In this document: positions 47,818 through 60,748 of the stretch, piece by piece | Layout of the letters: each line of letters begins with the position of its first letter | Numbering within the stretch: position 1 is the first letter of the stretch | Source: Salisapilia sapeloensis CBS 127946 | Taxonomy: Eukaryota; Protista; Oomycota | DNA length: 64,000 bases | Direction: 5' to 3' | Assembly (NCBI GenBank): GCA_023334545.1 | Contig: JAADVB010000006.1 | Location: 62,001 to 126,000 of the forward strand | Made by a program: the position numbers and the translations under genes | The notes under the pieces: model-generated | Told to the model about the DNA's origin: nothing | Database searches by the model: none | What the model saw: the letters and a program-made list of their open reading frames with translations, nothing else

Positions 47818-48226
47818 CTTGAGGGAGAAGTTCGAGAAGTGAGGTCTGTCCGTCCGTCTTTTGGCGGGTTGGCATCCCACTTCTCAGAAAAAAAAGCTCG
47901 CGGTATACAAAAATCGATATAAAACACCAGATGGGACCTTTCGCAGCCATTCAAAGGCTTGGTAGTCTCCACCAGTCAAACTGGCCTTCGGGGACGGGGA
48001 GAAAACATTGGGCAATAGATATGTAACGTCACACCGTTTGTGCTGACTTGTTGCTGTATGATAGCGGATAGAGGTGGGTGGAAAGGTGCATGCGCTACGT
48101 GGGTAGAGGAGCTTATAAAGATACGAGACTGCATGAAACGACTTTCAGAAGCGTTGGGACACATGTAGTAGAGATGCACTCGGAAATGTCCTGTTCAAGA
48201 GATCTTGAAACGTCCTTGTAACTTGG

Positions 48227-51200
48227 ATGGCCGATCGGATCACGCGACATTGGGACATGGATCTACAGGCGTTTGTGGATGCCAAGCTCGACGAGCACTT
48301 CCGGACCTTTGACTCGGACATCGTTGCGCAGTATGGACTCACCAGGAACAGACATGGCGAATCAGATGAAACAGTGGTGGAAGAAATTGGTGCAGTGCGA
48401 GAGCAGACAGATACGATCCACCAGACATCGCTCATGATGGACCGCATTCACCGTAGTCTGCAAGTGGAAATGGACGCCCGATCCGTGTTGGCGGAAAGAC
48501 AAATCGCAGCATTATTGCAGCTGAGTAAAAGCACATCGGAAGATCTTGATCAAACGCGAGCGGATCTGAACGCGAGCGACCGGCAGCTCCAAACTTTCTT
48601 CCACAATCAGAGTAACTTGGAACAAGAACTGCTGTCTCAACGACAGTTATTCCAGCATCTGCAAGCGTCTATAGAGACCGAGAAGATATGGCGAATGCAG
48701 GCTGAAAATCAAATGAATGAAATGAAACAAATGATCGCGTCATGGAAAGATGCAGAGTCGTATCAATCTCAAATAGACGAGCTTGCACGAGAGAGACAAT
48801 TGACAAAACGACAAGTAGAGGCATCTGTGGAACAAATAAATGACACTTTACGTAAAGAGATTGCAAATGTGTATGAACAAGTCAACGCTATGAAAAACAT
48901 GGTTCACGAGGCTACTGTCCATGACGCGACACAAACGGTATCTTCGTCAGTATACCAGAGAGATGAGCAGGAAGCCGCAATGCATGAGCAATTAGATCTC
49001 TTCCGGGAAAACATGAAAAGCTCTATAGAAGAATTGATCACAAATAAAACGCAATGTCTTCGTCTGGAACTCCAGACGCTGTCCTCTGACACTAGCAAAA
49101 GTATATATGAGCTTGAAGGCAAGCTACGGGCTGAAGTAGCATCAGCTTCCACTGAAAATGGTGCCCGTATCCGAGCAATTGAGACCAACATCGAAACCAA
49201 GATAGAGAAGCAATTGGAAATGCAAAAGACTCAAGTAAACAACAAGCTTCTAGAGATGCAGAAATCATTGTTGTTAGAACTAGAAGAGAAAGCGACAGAA
49301 TGGAAAGCCAAGTATAGTGGACTGCTGGAGACGCAGAAGTCGATATCATCGGCTGTAGAAGAGAAAGCGATGGAATTAAAAGCTAAGTACAGTGGACTGC
49401 AAGAGTTACTGGAAACTGAGAAATTGGATCGAAAACGTAACGTGGATACTTGCCTTGATACGATTCAGGAAAATCGACGCTCGCTAGAGACTCAACTCGA
49501 AACGAAATGGAGAGAGGAGAAGGAAGGACGAATAGAGTCTATTGATAAGGTAATGAATGAGATAAATTCTCGTATCAGAGACATTCTCACTTCACTTCTC
49601 CATAATCACAAATCCGAGATGGAGACATTGGTAACCTTCTCGAAGCAACAAGTTGATGGTCATTTAGACTCAGTGTTTAGCAAGCTGAAATCGATATCAA
49701 ACACTGTTCAGGAGATTAGCGAGGTTGTTGACACAGGAAAAATGAGTAGCACCACTGCAGAGATACAAGAGAGTGGCAACACAGCGAAGATCGAAGAGAT
49801 GTTCGCGAATATCTTGTCTCAAATGCAGTCTCAATGGTCGACTCAGCTACAGATGCAAACCCAGATGACTGGGCATTCTGAAGCTAGCAGAGCTATGTTA
49901 AGTTCTGATCGTCATATCCCTCAACTCCCGCCACCAGATCCTACCGCTATCAATGGCACAGAGAAGGATAAGTCGATCAAAGAAATCAATCAAGTGAAGC
50001 CCCTTGCAGGGAACGAGGAACAAGGAAGTTTGCCGAGCAATCGTGTACATATTAAAGTTGATCCTGTCTTGACACCTCTTTCTACAACAGCGAGTAGGAC
50101 CGATAGATCGAGTAATAATCATACCTGGAAACAGGAAGATCTCTTAACCAAAGCTATTAACGGCATACCAGCGCATCACAACGAGGTCGTAAAGAACAAG
50201 TCCGAAACAAGTGAGGCACCAAATAAAACAGTAGTATCAAGACCGATGAGTGTAACCAGTGACATATCGCACCCTGACTTAAAGGCACATGTCAAAACTT
50301 CAAGTGAATCACCACAATCAGCTCTCCAGCGTATCCTAGGCCAAAATGTAGAAAACGAAAGCAAACATGCTCAAGAGAAGCATGAGGAGGCTCCAATTAA
50401 TAGAGAAGCCGAGGATACAGAAATTCTTGTATCAAGTGGTACAAAAGCAGATATTGAAAGCTCCGATGAAGAGCCTGATGCTAGTTCAAGTGTAGATGAA
50501 AACGAAGTGACTACTGAACCAACCTTGAAATGTACGTATTGCGACTTTGATATGCCGAGAAGTGAGCACGCAGCACATGAACACATGTGCGGAAGTACAC
50601 TAAAGCAATGTCCTCATTGCTTACGACGGCAAAAGGTATATAGAGATCTATGTTCGTCACATGCGCCTCAATTAACGCTTAAAGTGGTTTTGCATAGATG
50701 GCAGATCTCCAAGCGCATATTGATGAGTGCGATTGTCGTCTGGTTTCTTGTCCAAGTGGATGTGGTGGCAAGTTCTTAAAACGAGGGATTCCAGCCCATT
50801 TGACTCGGTGTCCAAAGAAGCAGCATGTAGAAACAGATACATTCCAAAGACGATCTTCAGCACCGTCATCAGCGCCGGTATACCAATCGTCAAGTAACTC
50901 CACGAATCAAGGAGCAAAGCCGTTGATGGAGCCAAAAACTGATGATAAACCAACGATGATTGAATGCAAGTTCTGTGATGAAGAAATTCCAGGTTCCCAA
51001 ATCCTTTCGCATGAGAAAACTTGCGATTGGAAACCTAGTCGTTGCCAGCATTGCTCGATGGTAATCATTACAAGAGATCTATTGCGCCACGAAGCGATGT
51101 GTCAGTCGACTGTAAAGAAGTGCAGCCATTGCCATGAGCAATTTACACCAAAGGAATTGACTTTGCACATGCCAAGCTGTCCAAAAAGACCCATTAAGTG

Positions 51201-51854
51201 CATTCGATGTCTTCAGCAGTTTCCTGCGGATGGGATTGTCGATCACGCCAAGACATGCGCTTATGCAGCATCAAGCACTACTCAACCAAGCAGGACAAGC
51301 GATACAGCTGTCTCTTTTAACTCACTTCAGCCTGCCAGAAGCCCACCACCCCCGCCTGCTTACCCTCCACCATCAAATGCAATGTCAGCATCTCAGAAAA
51401 AGGAGGAACATGAAGACGAGGACCACCTTCCACCAGACCAAGGTATATAGATGTAGGCTACAAGCTCATGGCTCCTTAATTCTTGTATACTATCAACTTG
51501 TAGTTATCTCCGAATGGACTGTTGGCAACGTCTTATCGTGGTTAAAAGACGATGTTGGTCTGCCTCAGGTCGCGGTAAGCTGCACCCATCCTAACCACCT
51601 CATCGAAAACGCATTAAAACATAATGATCATATTGCTGTAGGAAGCATTCGAGCGTATGAGATGTACAGGCGACATGCTTCTGCAGCTTACTGAGGCTGA
51701 TCTCATGCGCACCTATGGAATATCCAACGCAGCGTACCGACAGCACATTCTAAGCGCAATTGAAGCAATCAAGAGCGACGACGAACTCGTTAGTGAAGAC
51801 AATTCGGACGAAGAGCACAATGATAAAGACGAATCACGTAAGAGTCTCACATGA
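48227..51854 (+). CDS. Coiled-coil protein with TRAF-type zinc-finger array and C-terminal SAM domain, multi-exon (3' end uncertain)
   Basis: Long heptad region 48.3-49.9 kb and repeated Cx2C-x11/12-Hx3C fingers (50520-51270). SAM WTVGNVLSWLKDDVGL...TGDMLLQLTEADL..YGISNAAYRQHILSAI. Confidence 0.8.
49283..49420 (+). repeat. Internal tandem duplication (about 75-nt period) within coiled-coil exon
   Basis: EEKATEWKAKYSGLLETQK and EEKAMELKAKYSGLQELLETEK, with similar nucleotide sequences starting at 49283 and 49358. Confidence 0.75.
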
Positions 51855-52202
51855 ACCCAGCATCTCCAAAGTCTCATTCTATAGTAACCAGCCGATACAC
51901 CCCTCACTCCACGACCAGCGAAACCTCTCGGTAACCTTCCACCGTCAAGTGCCCTCGTACTACCTCTTCCTTGACCAAGCATACAATTCCACCATCTAAC
52001 AAGACACTTAGCTCCGGCGAATGAACAGTGCACTCTCGGTAGAAGGCAGTGCAAGTACCTGGCGCTAGACCTATATATACATAGACCTTCCTATAGGCCA
52101 GCTACAAATTAAAATCGTACTTAATAGAGAGTCTTGGCTTTTGTAAGTCTTCTCTTCCAACCCGAAAAACGGCTCGATTAGATCTTCCGTGTCACGAACG
52201 CC

Positions 52203-55200
52203 ATGGAGGAACCCAACCAGCTAGAGCAAGATGCGAGTTTCATGGACAAGTACAGTCGGCAAATTGGTGCCTTTGGTATGGAAACCATGGCCAAGGTACA
52301 TTTCATCTTTCTTACTTTTATTCTTTTATCCGAATGGATAAAATCATTTGTATGGAATTATATCGATGCTCATGTCCGACCTCTTGTCTCTGTAGCTCGT
52401 AAAGCTGCGTGTACTCATCGTTGGTATGCGTGGTGTCGGTGTTGAATGTGCTAAGAACCTCATTCTCGCTGGTCCTGGAGCTATCACACTCTACGATGGT
52501 GAGTCGTTTGCTTCTAAGTGTTTGAATGGTCCTTTTGACGCTGTACACTTGTAGACGGCTTAACCGAAATGAAGGATCTTGGAACCAACTTTTTCCTGAC
52601 GGAACAAGACGTTGGTCGACCTCGTGCGGATGCTGTCGCCCACAAGGTTCGTCTACTTGGCTAAAATTATTATTAGACAGTTTTTACTTCTTCTTTCTAT
52701 TTAGTTGGCCGAACTGAACAAGATGGTGTCGCTATCGACACACCAGGGTGAATTGACGGAAGACGTGGTAAAGTCTCATAATGTCGTCGTGTTCACAAAC
52801 ACGTCTCGACAGGAATTGCTGCGTTGGAACCGCTTCTGTCGACAGCAGAGTCCTCAGATCGGGTTCATCATGTGTGATGTTCGTGGTGCCATGGGCTCTG
52901 CCTTCACGGACTTTGGCGACAAGTTCATGTGCCACGACGCAACGGGTGAAGCACCGATCACACGCATCATCACGGACATTACGAACGATTCTGACGGAGT
53001 CGTCACGCTCCTCGGTCCAGACGAGAATGGTCGAATGCACGAAATGCCAGACTCGGACCACGACGGATGGGTTGAAATCAGTGATGTCGACGGTATGCGT
53101 CTCGAATCGGACTCTTCCCAGTCGATCAACTCGAGCGGTCCTCGACGCATTCAATTCGCGACTAAGAAGATGTTCCGGAATGGAAAGCAAGTCGATGTCT
53201 TCGATCCGTATCGACTGAAGATCGGAGACACATCGGCATTTACACCTTATGAAGGTGGTGGTGTCTTGACACAATACAAGAAACCGTTCGCGATGGAATT
53301 CCAGTCGCTAGAGCAGATGCTCGCGAATCCCGTGCCACCAGGTGACTTTGGTCTCATGTTCACGGATGGCGCCAAGTTCGGACGAGCAGAGCAGCTGCAT
53401 GTCGCTGTGTGGAGTATCATGGAGTTTGAAAACCGATACGGGTATCTCCCTGAGCCGCATAACGAACAACACGCGTCCGAAGTGCTAGACATTGCCAAGG
53501 GCGGCATCCAGCACTTGTCAGACACGACGCGATCCACCGGCCAGGAGCCTTTCCGTGTAGAAGAACTTGATGAAGGTGTGGTGAAGAACGCTGCCTTGTA
53601 CTGCGCTATCGAGCTACAGCCGCTCGCAGCCTTCTACGGCGGCATCGTCGCGCAGGAAGTGGTTAAGTTCACGGGTAAGTTCACGCCGATGAAGCAATGG
53701 CTTCACTTGGATGCTTTCGAAGTGCTTCCGGAGAAACCTCCGACGGATGCACAGCCGATGCAGTCTCGTTATGACCATACGATTACCATGTTCGGTCGTG
53801 ATTTCCAGCAAAAGATGGGAGACGTTCATACGTTCCTCGTCGGATGTGGAGCCCTCGGTTGTGAATACCTTAAGAACTTTGCCATGCTCGGTCTTGCGTG
53901 TGGTCCGAATGGGCTCGTGACGGTCACTGATAACGATCGTATTGAAGTGAGTAACTTGAACCGTCAATTCCTCTTCCGAGAGCATAATGTCGGGCAACCT
54001 AAATCCGTTGCTGCGACGAATGCCGTGAAGCAGATGAACGCTGGGCTACGTGTTAAGGCACTGGAACAGCTCGTGGCGACGCATACTGAGTCGACTTTCA
54101 ATGATGATTTCTGGACGAGCTTGGATGTCGTGACGAATGCACTGGATAATGTCAAAGCACGCAAGTACGTCGATGGCAAGTGTGTCTTCTACAAGCTGCC
54201 GTTGCTAGAGAGCGGGACGTTAGGAACGAAATGTAACGTCCAAGTGGTGATCCCGTACAAGACGCAGAGCTACTCGGACGGCCCGGCAGATGCAGATGAT
54301 GATAACATTCCTATGTGCACGCTCCGAAACTTTCCGTCATTGATCGAACACTGCATCGAGTGGGCTCGAGCGCAGTTCACGGACTGGTTCACGGCGCCTA
54401 TTGCCGATGCGCAGAACTTTGTTCAGGATCGACAGGGGTACTTGGACAAGGTGCGCAAGTCAACGGTTGAAAATAAGGATCCGAGGACGGCGATGCAGGC
54501 GACGGTCATGGAGTTGGATCGGTTGCGACAGCTAAAGAAGACGTTGCATATCGCCAAGGGCATTACGTTTGATACGTGCATGCAAATGGCGGTTGACTTG
54601 TTGCGTTCGAATTTCCGTGATCGTATCTTGCAGTTGATTCATAACTTTCCTGAAGATCACATGACGGATGCTGGCGAGAGGTTCTGGTCCGGTGCCAAGC
54701 GTTTCCCGACTGCGATTGATAAATTCGATCCGGAAGATCCGCTGCATCTCGAGTTCGTTCGATCTGTTGCGAATATCTTGGCTGTATGCTACGGTCTGTA
54801 TCCGCCACCGGAAGACAAGTTGGTACCAGAAGACTCTGAGTGGCGACAGCCGACGACGTACGAGAAGTTTGCCGACGTGGCGTCGTTCCCAGAGTGGACA
54901 CCTTCGGATGAGAAGATTGCAGCGGATACAGAAGAGCTGAAGAAGATGGAAGAGGAGAAATTAAGCAGCTCTTCGGATTCCGAGAAGAGAGAGTTGGAGA
55001 AATTGCTCAAGGAACTCGAAGCAGTCGATCTACAGGACGTCGCGTTCGAGCCAGCTGACTTTGAGAAGGATCAGGACATGAACTTCCACATTGACTTTGT
55101 CTACGCTGCTGCCAATTTACGCGCGAGTAACTACAAGATCCGTCAAGCGTCTCGCCATAAGTGCAAGATGATCGCTGGTAAGATCATCCCGGCGATTGCT

Positions 55201-55788
55201 ACCACGACGGCGAGTGTCACTGGTCTCGCGATGCTCGAGATGCTCAAGCTGCTGCAGAAGAAGGACTTAGATGCGTTTAAGGATTCTAGTAATTCGTTGG
55301 CGTTAAATATGTACTTGATGCAGGAACCAGCGGAGGCGGAGAAGGCCAAGGATGAGTACGACTTTGTCGAAATGTCCGAAGTCAAGTGCAAGCCGCCGGG
55401 ATTTACCAAGTGGGACTCGACGTACCTCGAATTGTCGTCGGAAGCGACGCTGTCGGACTTTTTGAATGCTTTTAAAGATAAGACAGGTTTGAACTGCACG
55501 CTTCTCTTCCATGATGTGGCGGAAGCGAGCGCGGATGAAGAAGCGTCGACGTCGGATCCGAGGTACAAGGCTGTGAGCGGGCAGATGTTGTACGACCGAT
55601 CGGCGTTCTCAGAAAAGTTGAAAACTCTGTTTAATGCGAAACTGCATGAACCGTTGCGTGCGTGGGTCGAGACGCGTTACGAGGGTCTAGTCGATACGAG
55701 TCGACCGTACATTGAGCTCCAGTCGTCGTGTGAAGATGATGACGGACAGGCCTACAAGGTTCCGGTCGTCGTCTGCAAATTCATCTAG
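52203..55788 (+). CDS. UBA1: Ubiquitin-activating enzyme E1
   Basis: YSRQIGAFG, VGCGALGCE, DRIEVSNLNRQFLFR, catalytic IPMCTLRNFP, KIIPAIATTTA and C-terminal UFD. Short 5' exons precede the large exon that starts near 52705. Confidence 0.96.
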
Positions 55789-55971
55789 ATCTACTGACGA
55801 TACCAAGCACGAGGCTAAAGGCTGAAGGCTAAAGGCTTTGAGAATACAAACACGTATCGATTGAAAAAGTGCTTGAAAGTTATCTTGATTGTAGGTTGAC
55901 TATAGGTTGTGTGTGACGGTACCAAATGCAGACTATGGATACAGTCAAAAGGTGAGTGGCCAATAGACAGG

Positions 55972-57845
55972 ATGGATGACATCGAGGACATAATTAATGA
56001 AGAGGAGTTGCAGCGGTCGGCTGTGGAGCTTTCCAGGACACCGATGGTACCTCCAAAAGCGGCTGCCAAGGTGGAGGTAGAAGAAGATGCCTCTGAGGTC
56101 GGTAAGAGTGTTCCTGGCACGGAAGCGATTTGGTACAGTCTGATGGATATGCCGTGTATTATCTTTTACTGATAAGCACATAGGCTCAAGACGTTTGGCT
56201 GCTCGCATAACGTCAGTGATAGCGAGTATATGCAAGGGGTTTTAGCGAGCTATGGTTATCGTTTTACAACGAACCCATCGGATGCCCAATTATGGTATAA
56301 TACCATTTTCTATACGAAGCGTACATGCATCTAATACGTTATATGGACAGGCTTTTAAATAGCTGCACGGTCAAAGATCCATCTGAAGCAGCGTTCATGC
56401 ATCTCGTGACCAAAGCCAAGAATCAGGGCAAAGGCATTGTTGTCGCAGGCTGTGTACCGCAGGCAGATCGACAAATTAAAGGATTGGAAGGCGTTAGTAT
56501 CGTCGGTATCCAGCAAGTGGACCGTGTCGTGGAAGTGGTGGAAGAGACTTTAAAAGGACATACAGTTCGCTTATTGTCTCGATCTGGACTACCAAAGCTA
56601 GATTTGCCTAAAATTCGGAAAAACCCGAGTGTAGAAATCATTCCGCTAAGCACTGGATGTCTAGGTGCCTGCACCTACTGTCGAACACGCCATGCTCGTG
56701 GGAAATTAGGTAGCTACGCACCGGAAGCCATTGTCCAGAGAGCGCAAAGTGTCATTGACGAAGGTGTGACGGAGATTTGGTTGTCTAGTGAAGACACTGG
56801 AGCGTACGGCTTGGACATTGGGACCACTCTCCCGGAGCTCTTGTGGAAGATCATTGACGTTCTGCCGGATGGAGTCATGCTACGCGTGGGTATGACGAAT
56901 CCTCCGTACATTCTAGACCACTTGGACGCCATTGCGCAGGTGCTTAACCATCCAAGTGTGTACGCTTTCCTCCATGTCCCGGTACAATCCGGAAGCAATG
57001 AAGTGTTGACGAACATGTATCGAGAGTACACGGTAGAAGAGTTTAGTCAAGTAGCAGACTACCTTTTAGCTCATGTTCCGAAGATGACACTTGCGACGGA
57101 TATCATCTGTGGATTCCCAGGTGAGACGGAAGAGCAGTTTGAAGAGACGATGCAACTCGTGGAAAAGTATCGTTTCCATATTATGAACATCTCGCAATTC
57201 TACCCTCGACCAGGCACACCTGCTGCCAAGATGAAGCGCGTACCGACGCAAGTCGTGAAGAATCGTAGTCGTCGATTGACAAAGCTTTTTGAAACGTTCG
57301 ATCCGTATCCTTACTTTGTCAGTACGACGCAGAAAGTGTGGGTGAATACAGAGACGTCGGACGATGGGAAGTACACGGTCGGACATACAAAAAACTTTAC
57401 AAAGGTCTTGATGCAGAGAGATGACTCGCTCATCGGGTGCTCAGCTCAAGTGAAAATCACGAGCGCTTCGAGGTTCCACATCAGTGGTGAAGTTGTCTCC
57501 CGATCGGAACCACCAACGAGGGCTGCGTGTGTCGTCCGAGATGAAATCCGGACGCATGGTCGAGACTCTCAAAAGAACAAAGTTCCAGTGAAAGTCGAGT
57601 CCAAGTCGACGGATGAGCTTTCGAATGACTGTTGTGGAGATGATTGTTGTGGAAGTTGCGATAGTCAACCAGCACAAGAGGATGTGAAGAAGCCTTCGAC
57701 TGCGTCTAGTTGGATACAAAAGGCAAGTATCAAATGTCAGGAAGTTTGGAACGACAAGGTGGCTTTAGCTGCTTTCGCGACAGTCGTGGCATCTACTACG
57801 CTAGTGACTATTCGAATGTTCCAACTAAGTCGTTCGAGCAGTTAA
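55972..57845 (+). CDS. CDKAL1: tRNA t6A37 methylthiotransferase (radical SAM + TRAM + C-terminal TM)
   Basis: MDDIEDI, KTFGCSHNVSDSEYMQG, NSCTVK, CLGACTYC (CxxxCxxC), SEDTGAYG, QFYPRPGTPA and a C-terminal TM anchor. Confidence 0.95.
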
Positions 57846-58117
57846 GATGGAAAGAGATCTAATGAAGACATTTTGACTGGCAGCATGGCGTATATTCCAT
57901 TCTAGCTAGAGCTTCCTAGGGCTTAACAAAGTGCAGTCATCATGTGATTCGTGGTAATTACTTAAAAGACACGTAATTCGTCACTAAAACCTATCGCTGT
58001 ATCGTACTAATCTCGACGTCCCACACCGTCGTGCTTGGAAGTGAGCTTTTAAGAGCGCGTTGGAGGAAGAGAGTAGGCATTGGTACAAGTGAGAAAGAGG
58101 TGCCTGTAGTAGCAGCG

Positions 58118-59242
58118 ATGGGGACTGCCGTGTCGATGCTGCTCTTCCAGCCACCACCGCCGTCGTACGGTTTCAAACGTCACTATATGTGCCTCAGTAC
58201 ACCGGTCTACAGCCGCATCTCGGCCTTTTACATCTCCAACCCGTAATACCTTATTGACATTCTTTATGACGATTTGACGTCTCAATGACATTACCATGTC
58301 ATCGATACATCGTGCAGATCCGCGCAGTACACCATCCTCTTCTCACATGGCAATGCTGAAGGTAGAAGCTCTTACAATTCCCTTTTACTTCTACTCATGT
58401 ACTACGAACAGATCTTGGCATGATTTACGACTGGTTTCGGATCATTAGTCGACGATTAGAAGTAGATCATCTATATGTCTATATAATATCTAGTAGTTAC
58501 AACTAATCTTCGACTGGAATGACGCAGGTGAATGTCATGGCATACGACTATCCAGGCTACGGCACGAGTGAAGGTGAACCGAGTGAAGAGAGCTGCTATG
58601 CTGCCGCTGATGCAGCGCTCAATTACCTCGTTTCGAATAAGAAGACGCCTCCGTCACGCATTATTCTGTACTCTATTCCTATACGACGTATCATGCCTTT
58701 GCTAATCACATACATAGGTACGGTCGATCACTTGGATCTGGACCAACGACGTACATCGCGTCTAATCAGTCCGTGAAAGAGGATCCGGTGGCTGGTGTCA
58801 TCCTCCAGAGTCCACTACTCTCTGTCTTTCGAGTCGCGTTCAACTTTAGGTTCACGCTGCCAGGCGACATGTTCTGCAACATCGATCGGATTGACCAGAT
58901 CACATCGCCTGTTACGATCATCCACGGGACTCGAGATGAAGTCGTTCCGTTTTGGCATGGAGAAGAACTCTTTGAAGCGTCTCGACAAGAGTGGAGGTCG
59001 AAACCAATGTGGGTTGTCGATGCCGGACATAACAATATCGAGGCGCATTTGAGGTACTTGCATACGTATCAACTTTTTATGCGAAGGTGTAAGTAGATGG
59101 ATATAGTGAGCTTGGAGATGAGTTCTTTTTGCATTTGAAGGACTTTGTCCGGATCTGTGATGAGACGGCCAAGATACGGAAACAAGATGCTTTGGATTGG
59201 GCACAAGAGTGCGCACAAGTCAAGATAAATGGTAGTAACTAG
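58118..59242 (+). CDS. ABHD17-like alpha/beta hydrolase (protein depalmitoylase family), multi-exon
   Basis: LFQPPPPSY, ILFSHGNAE|DLG, YDYPGYGTSEG, YGRSLGSGP (nucleophile), IHGTRDEVVPFWHG, AGHNNIE. Last intron 59055-59108, stop at 59240-59242. Confidence 0.9.
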
Positions 59243-59374
59243 TGCTATCATATGAATGTCATTTAAACCCATTGCAGTTCTCCTTACCAAGCAGATTGTT
59301 CTCTACATCACGCGTTAGATTTCTATGGAGTAAGCGCTATCAGGTAGATGCCAAACATGCAGTTTATCATACGA

Positions 59375-60748
59375 TTAATTCTTTTCTCTGGCTCGATGTC
59401 TCTTTGTCAGCCGAACATTTACTTTATCTATCGCATCGGTTTTCATCGACGGACTGTTCTCTGGGCCGCTGGTGTTCGTATCCATTGTAGCGAGCGCTTT
59501 TCGCTTCTTCGGGCTGCTATTCGCATGAGCTTTCTCCTCAAGAGCTTTGATCTGGGACTGCATCATCGCTTCTTTAGCTCGGAAGGCCGCCTTGAGATCG
59601 GCAAGCTCCTGTTCAAGATCAGATACCTTGTTTTCCTTTTCCTCCAGTTTTTCGCTGAAAGCTTCTGCTAAGGTCTGTGTGACAGCTGATCGAAGGTTTC
59701 CCTCCGAAAGACTCTTGTGGATGTACTGCTCTGTTGCATTGTGCAGAGCACTTAACGCAACGGAACTAACGCCCAATGAGAATTGCAATACATTGCGGAA
59801 GAGCTCGAGGAAAGCTGGTCGAGAAATCAAGTACTCGTTTCGTCTGTCCTCTTTGGATAGCAAGTCTTGGACTGCATCTTCATCATTAAGTTGGAAAAGA
59901 CCTTGGAATTCAGTCCAAAGGTCTTCTTCTTCCATATCGGCTGCTGATTGTTCCTGGACAATATCAGTCGGTTCTTCCGGCTCATCACAGTCCGACAGAT
60001 CGCCTTGGCCTGGAAGGGAGTCCATGAAGTCATCTTCAGTGCTTTCAGTAGAAACGGATAAGAGTTGCTCGTCCACCACATCTTGAGCAGATGATAATGA
60101 GTGGAGTAAAGCATCCCTAGATTCCTCGACTGCATCCTCCATCTTGTCATCTTGTCCATCGTCGTCACTAAAGTCACTGTCATTCGACTCGTCGTCACTG
60201 TCTCCGAACCAAGACCACTCGCTTTCTTCATCTTGAACGTTTTCAACTTCTCCAGTTCTAGCTTGCCAGTTCTCGTAATTGCGGACGAAATCTGTCTTGG
60301 CGTACCGAGAAGCAGGCTCATTATCCGGCTCACCATTACTCTCTTGCCACTGGTTATATATCAACGGAAGCTCCACCATCTCCGTCACATGATACAGTGT
60401 CTCTCGTCCACCACGTTGAATGGCACACATATCGTCGAAGCCATAGAGTTGAATGCCTTGAAGTCGACAAGCGCGAATAACATCATCAAGCGTAATGTGT
60501 GTCCTACTTCCATGTTGTGCCAGGACCAGCAGCGCCTGCACCAACTCCTGAATAAACGCCACAAGATGCTTTCTCGTACAAGTTGCCGTTGCTGCACAAC
60601 TTTGGCGGAATCCAGCTCGGAGGTGGAATTTACGCATGAGCATATCAGGAAGTACCTTTTCGACCTCTCTCTGTCCATATTCACTTTCCTCTGCTACTTT
60701 CCGATTCGCATACACATCTCGTTGTCGCACGACATACCTCTCCATCAT
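59375..60748 (-). CDS. Histone H4-like + H3-like double histone-fold protein with acidic linker and C-terminal coiled coil
   Basis: 60437-60655 aligns gap-free to H4 residues 29-100 (19/72 identities by hand, ending QGIQLYGF vs QGRTLYGF). 59693-59840 aligns to H3 residues 58-109 (about 18/52; EYLISRPAF..ALHNATEQY..EGNL vs ELLIRKLPF..ALQEACEAY..DTNL). Confidence 0.78.
   Translation of the reverse strand: MMERYVVRQRDVYANRKVAEESEYGQREVEKVLPDMLMRKFHLRAGFRQSCAATATCTRKHLVAFIQELVQALLVLAQHGSRTHITLDDVIRACRLQGIQLYGFDDMCAIQRGGRETLYHVTEMVELPLIYNQWQESNGEPDNEPASRYAKTDFVRNYENWQARTGEVENVQDEESEWSWFGDSDDESNDSDFSDDDGQDDKMEDAVEESRDALLHSLSSAQDVVDEQLLSVSTESTEDDFMDSLPGQGDLSDCDEPEEPTDIVQEQSAADMEEEDLWTEFQGLFQLNDEDAVQDLLSKEDRRNEYLISRPAFLELFRNVLQFSLGVSSVALSALHNATEQYIHKSLSEGNLRSAVTQTLAEAFSEKLEEKENKVSDLEQELADLKAAFRAKEAMMQSQIKALEEKAHANSSPKKRKALATMDTNTSGPENSPSMKTDAIDKVNVRLTKRHRAREKN

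Noticed and set aside
59375-60748. Calling the histone-fold gene CenH3 (CENP-A), CENP-T or a canonical histone
   Set aside because: The H3-like loop 1 is shorter, not longer, than in H3 and alpha3 is missing. CENP-T carries its fold at the C-terminus and lacks the H4 LYGF ending. There are no canonical H3/H4 tails.
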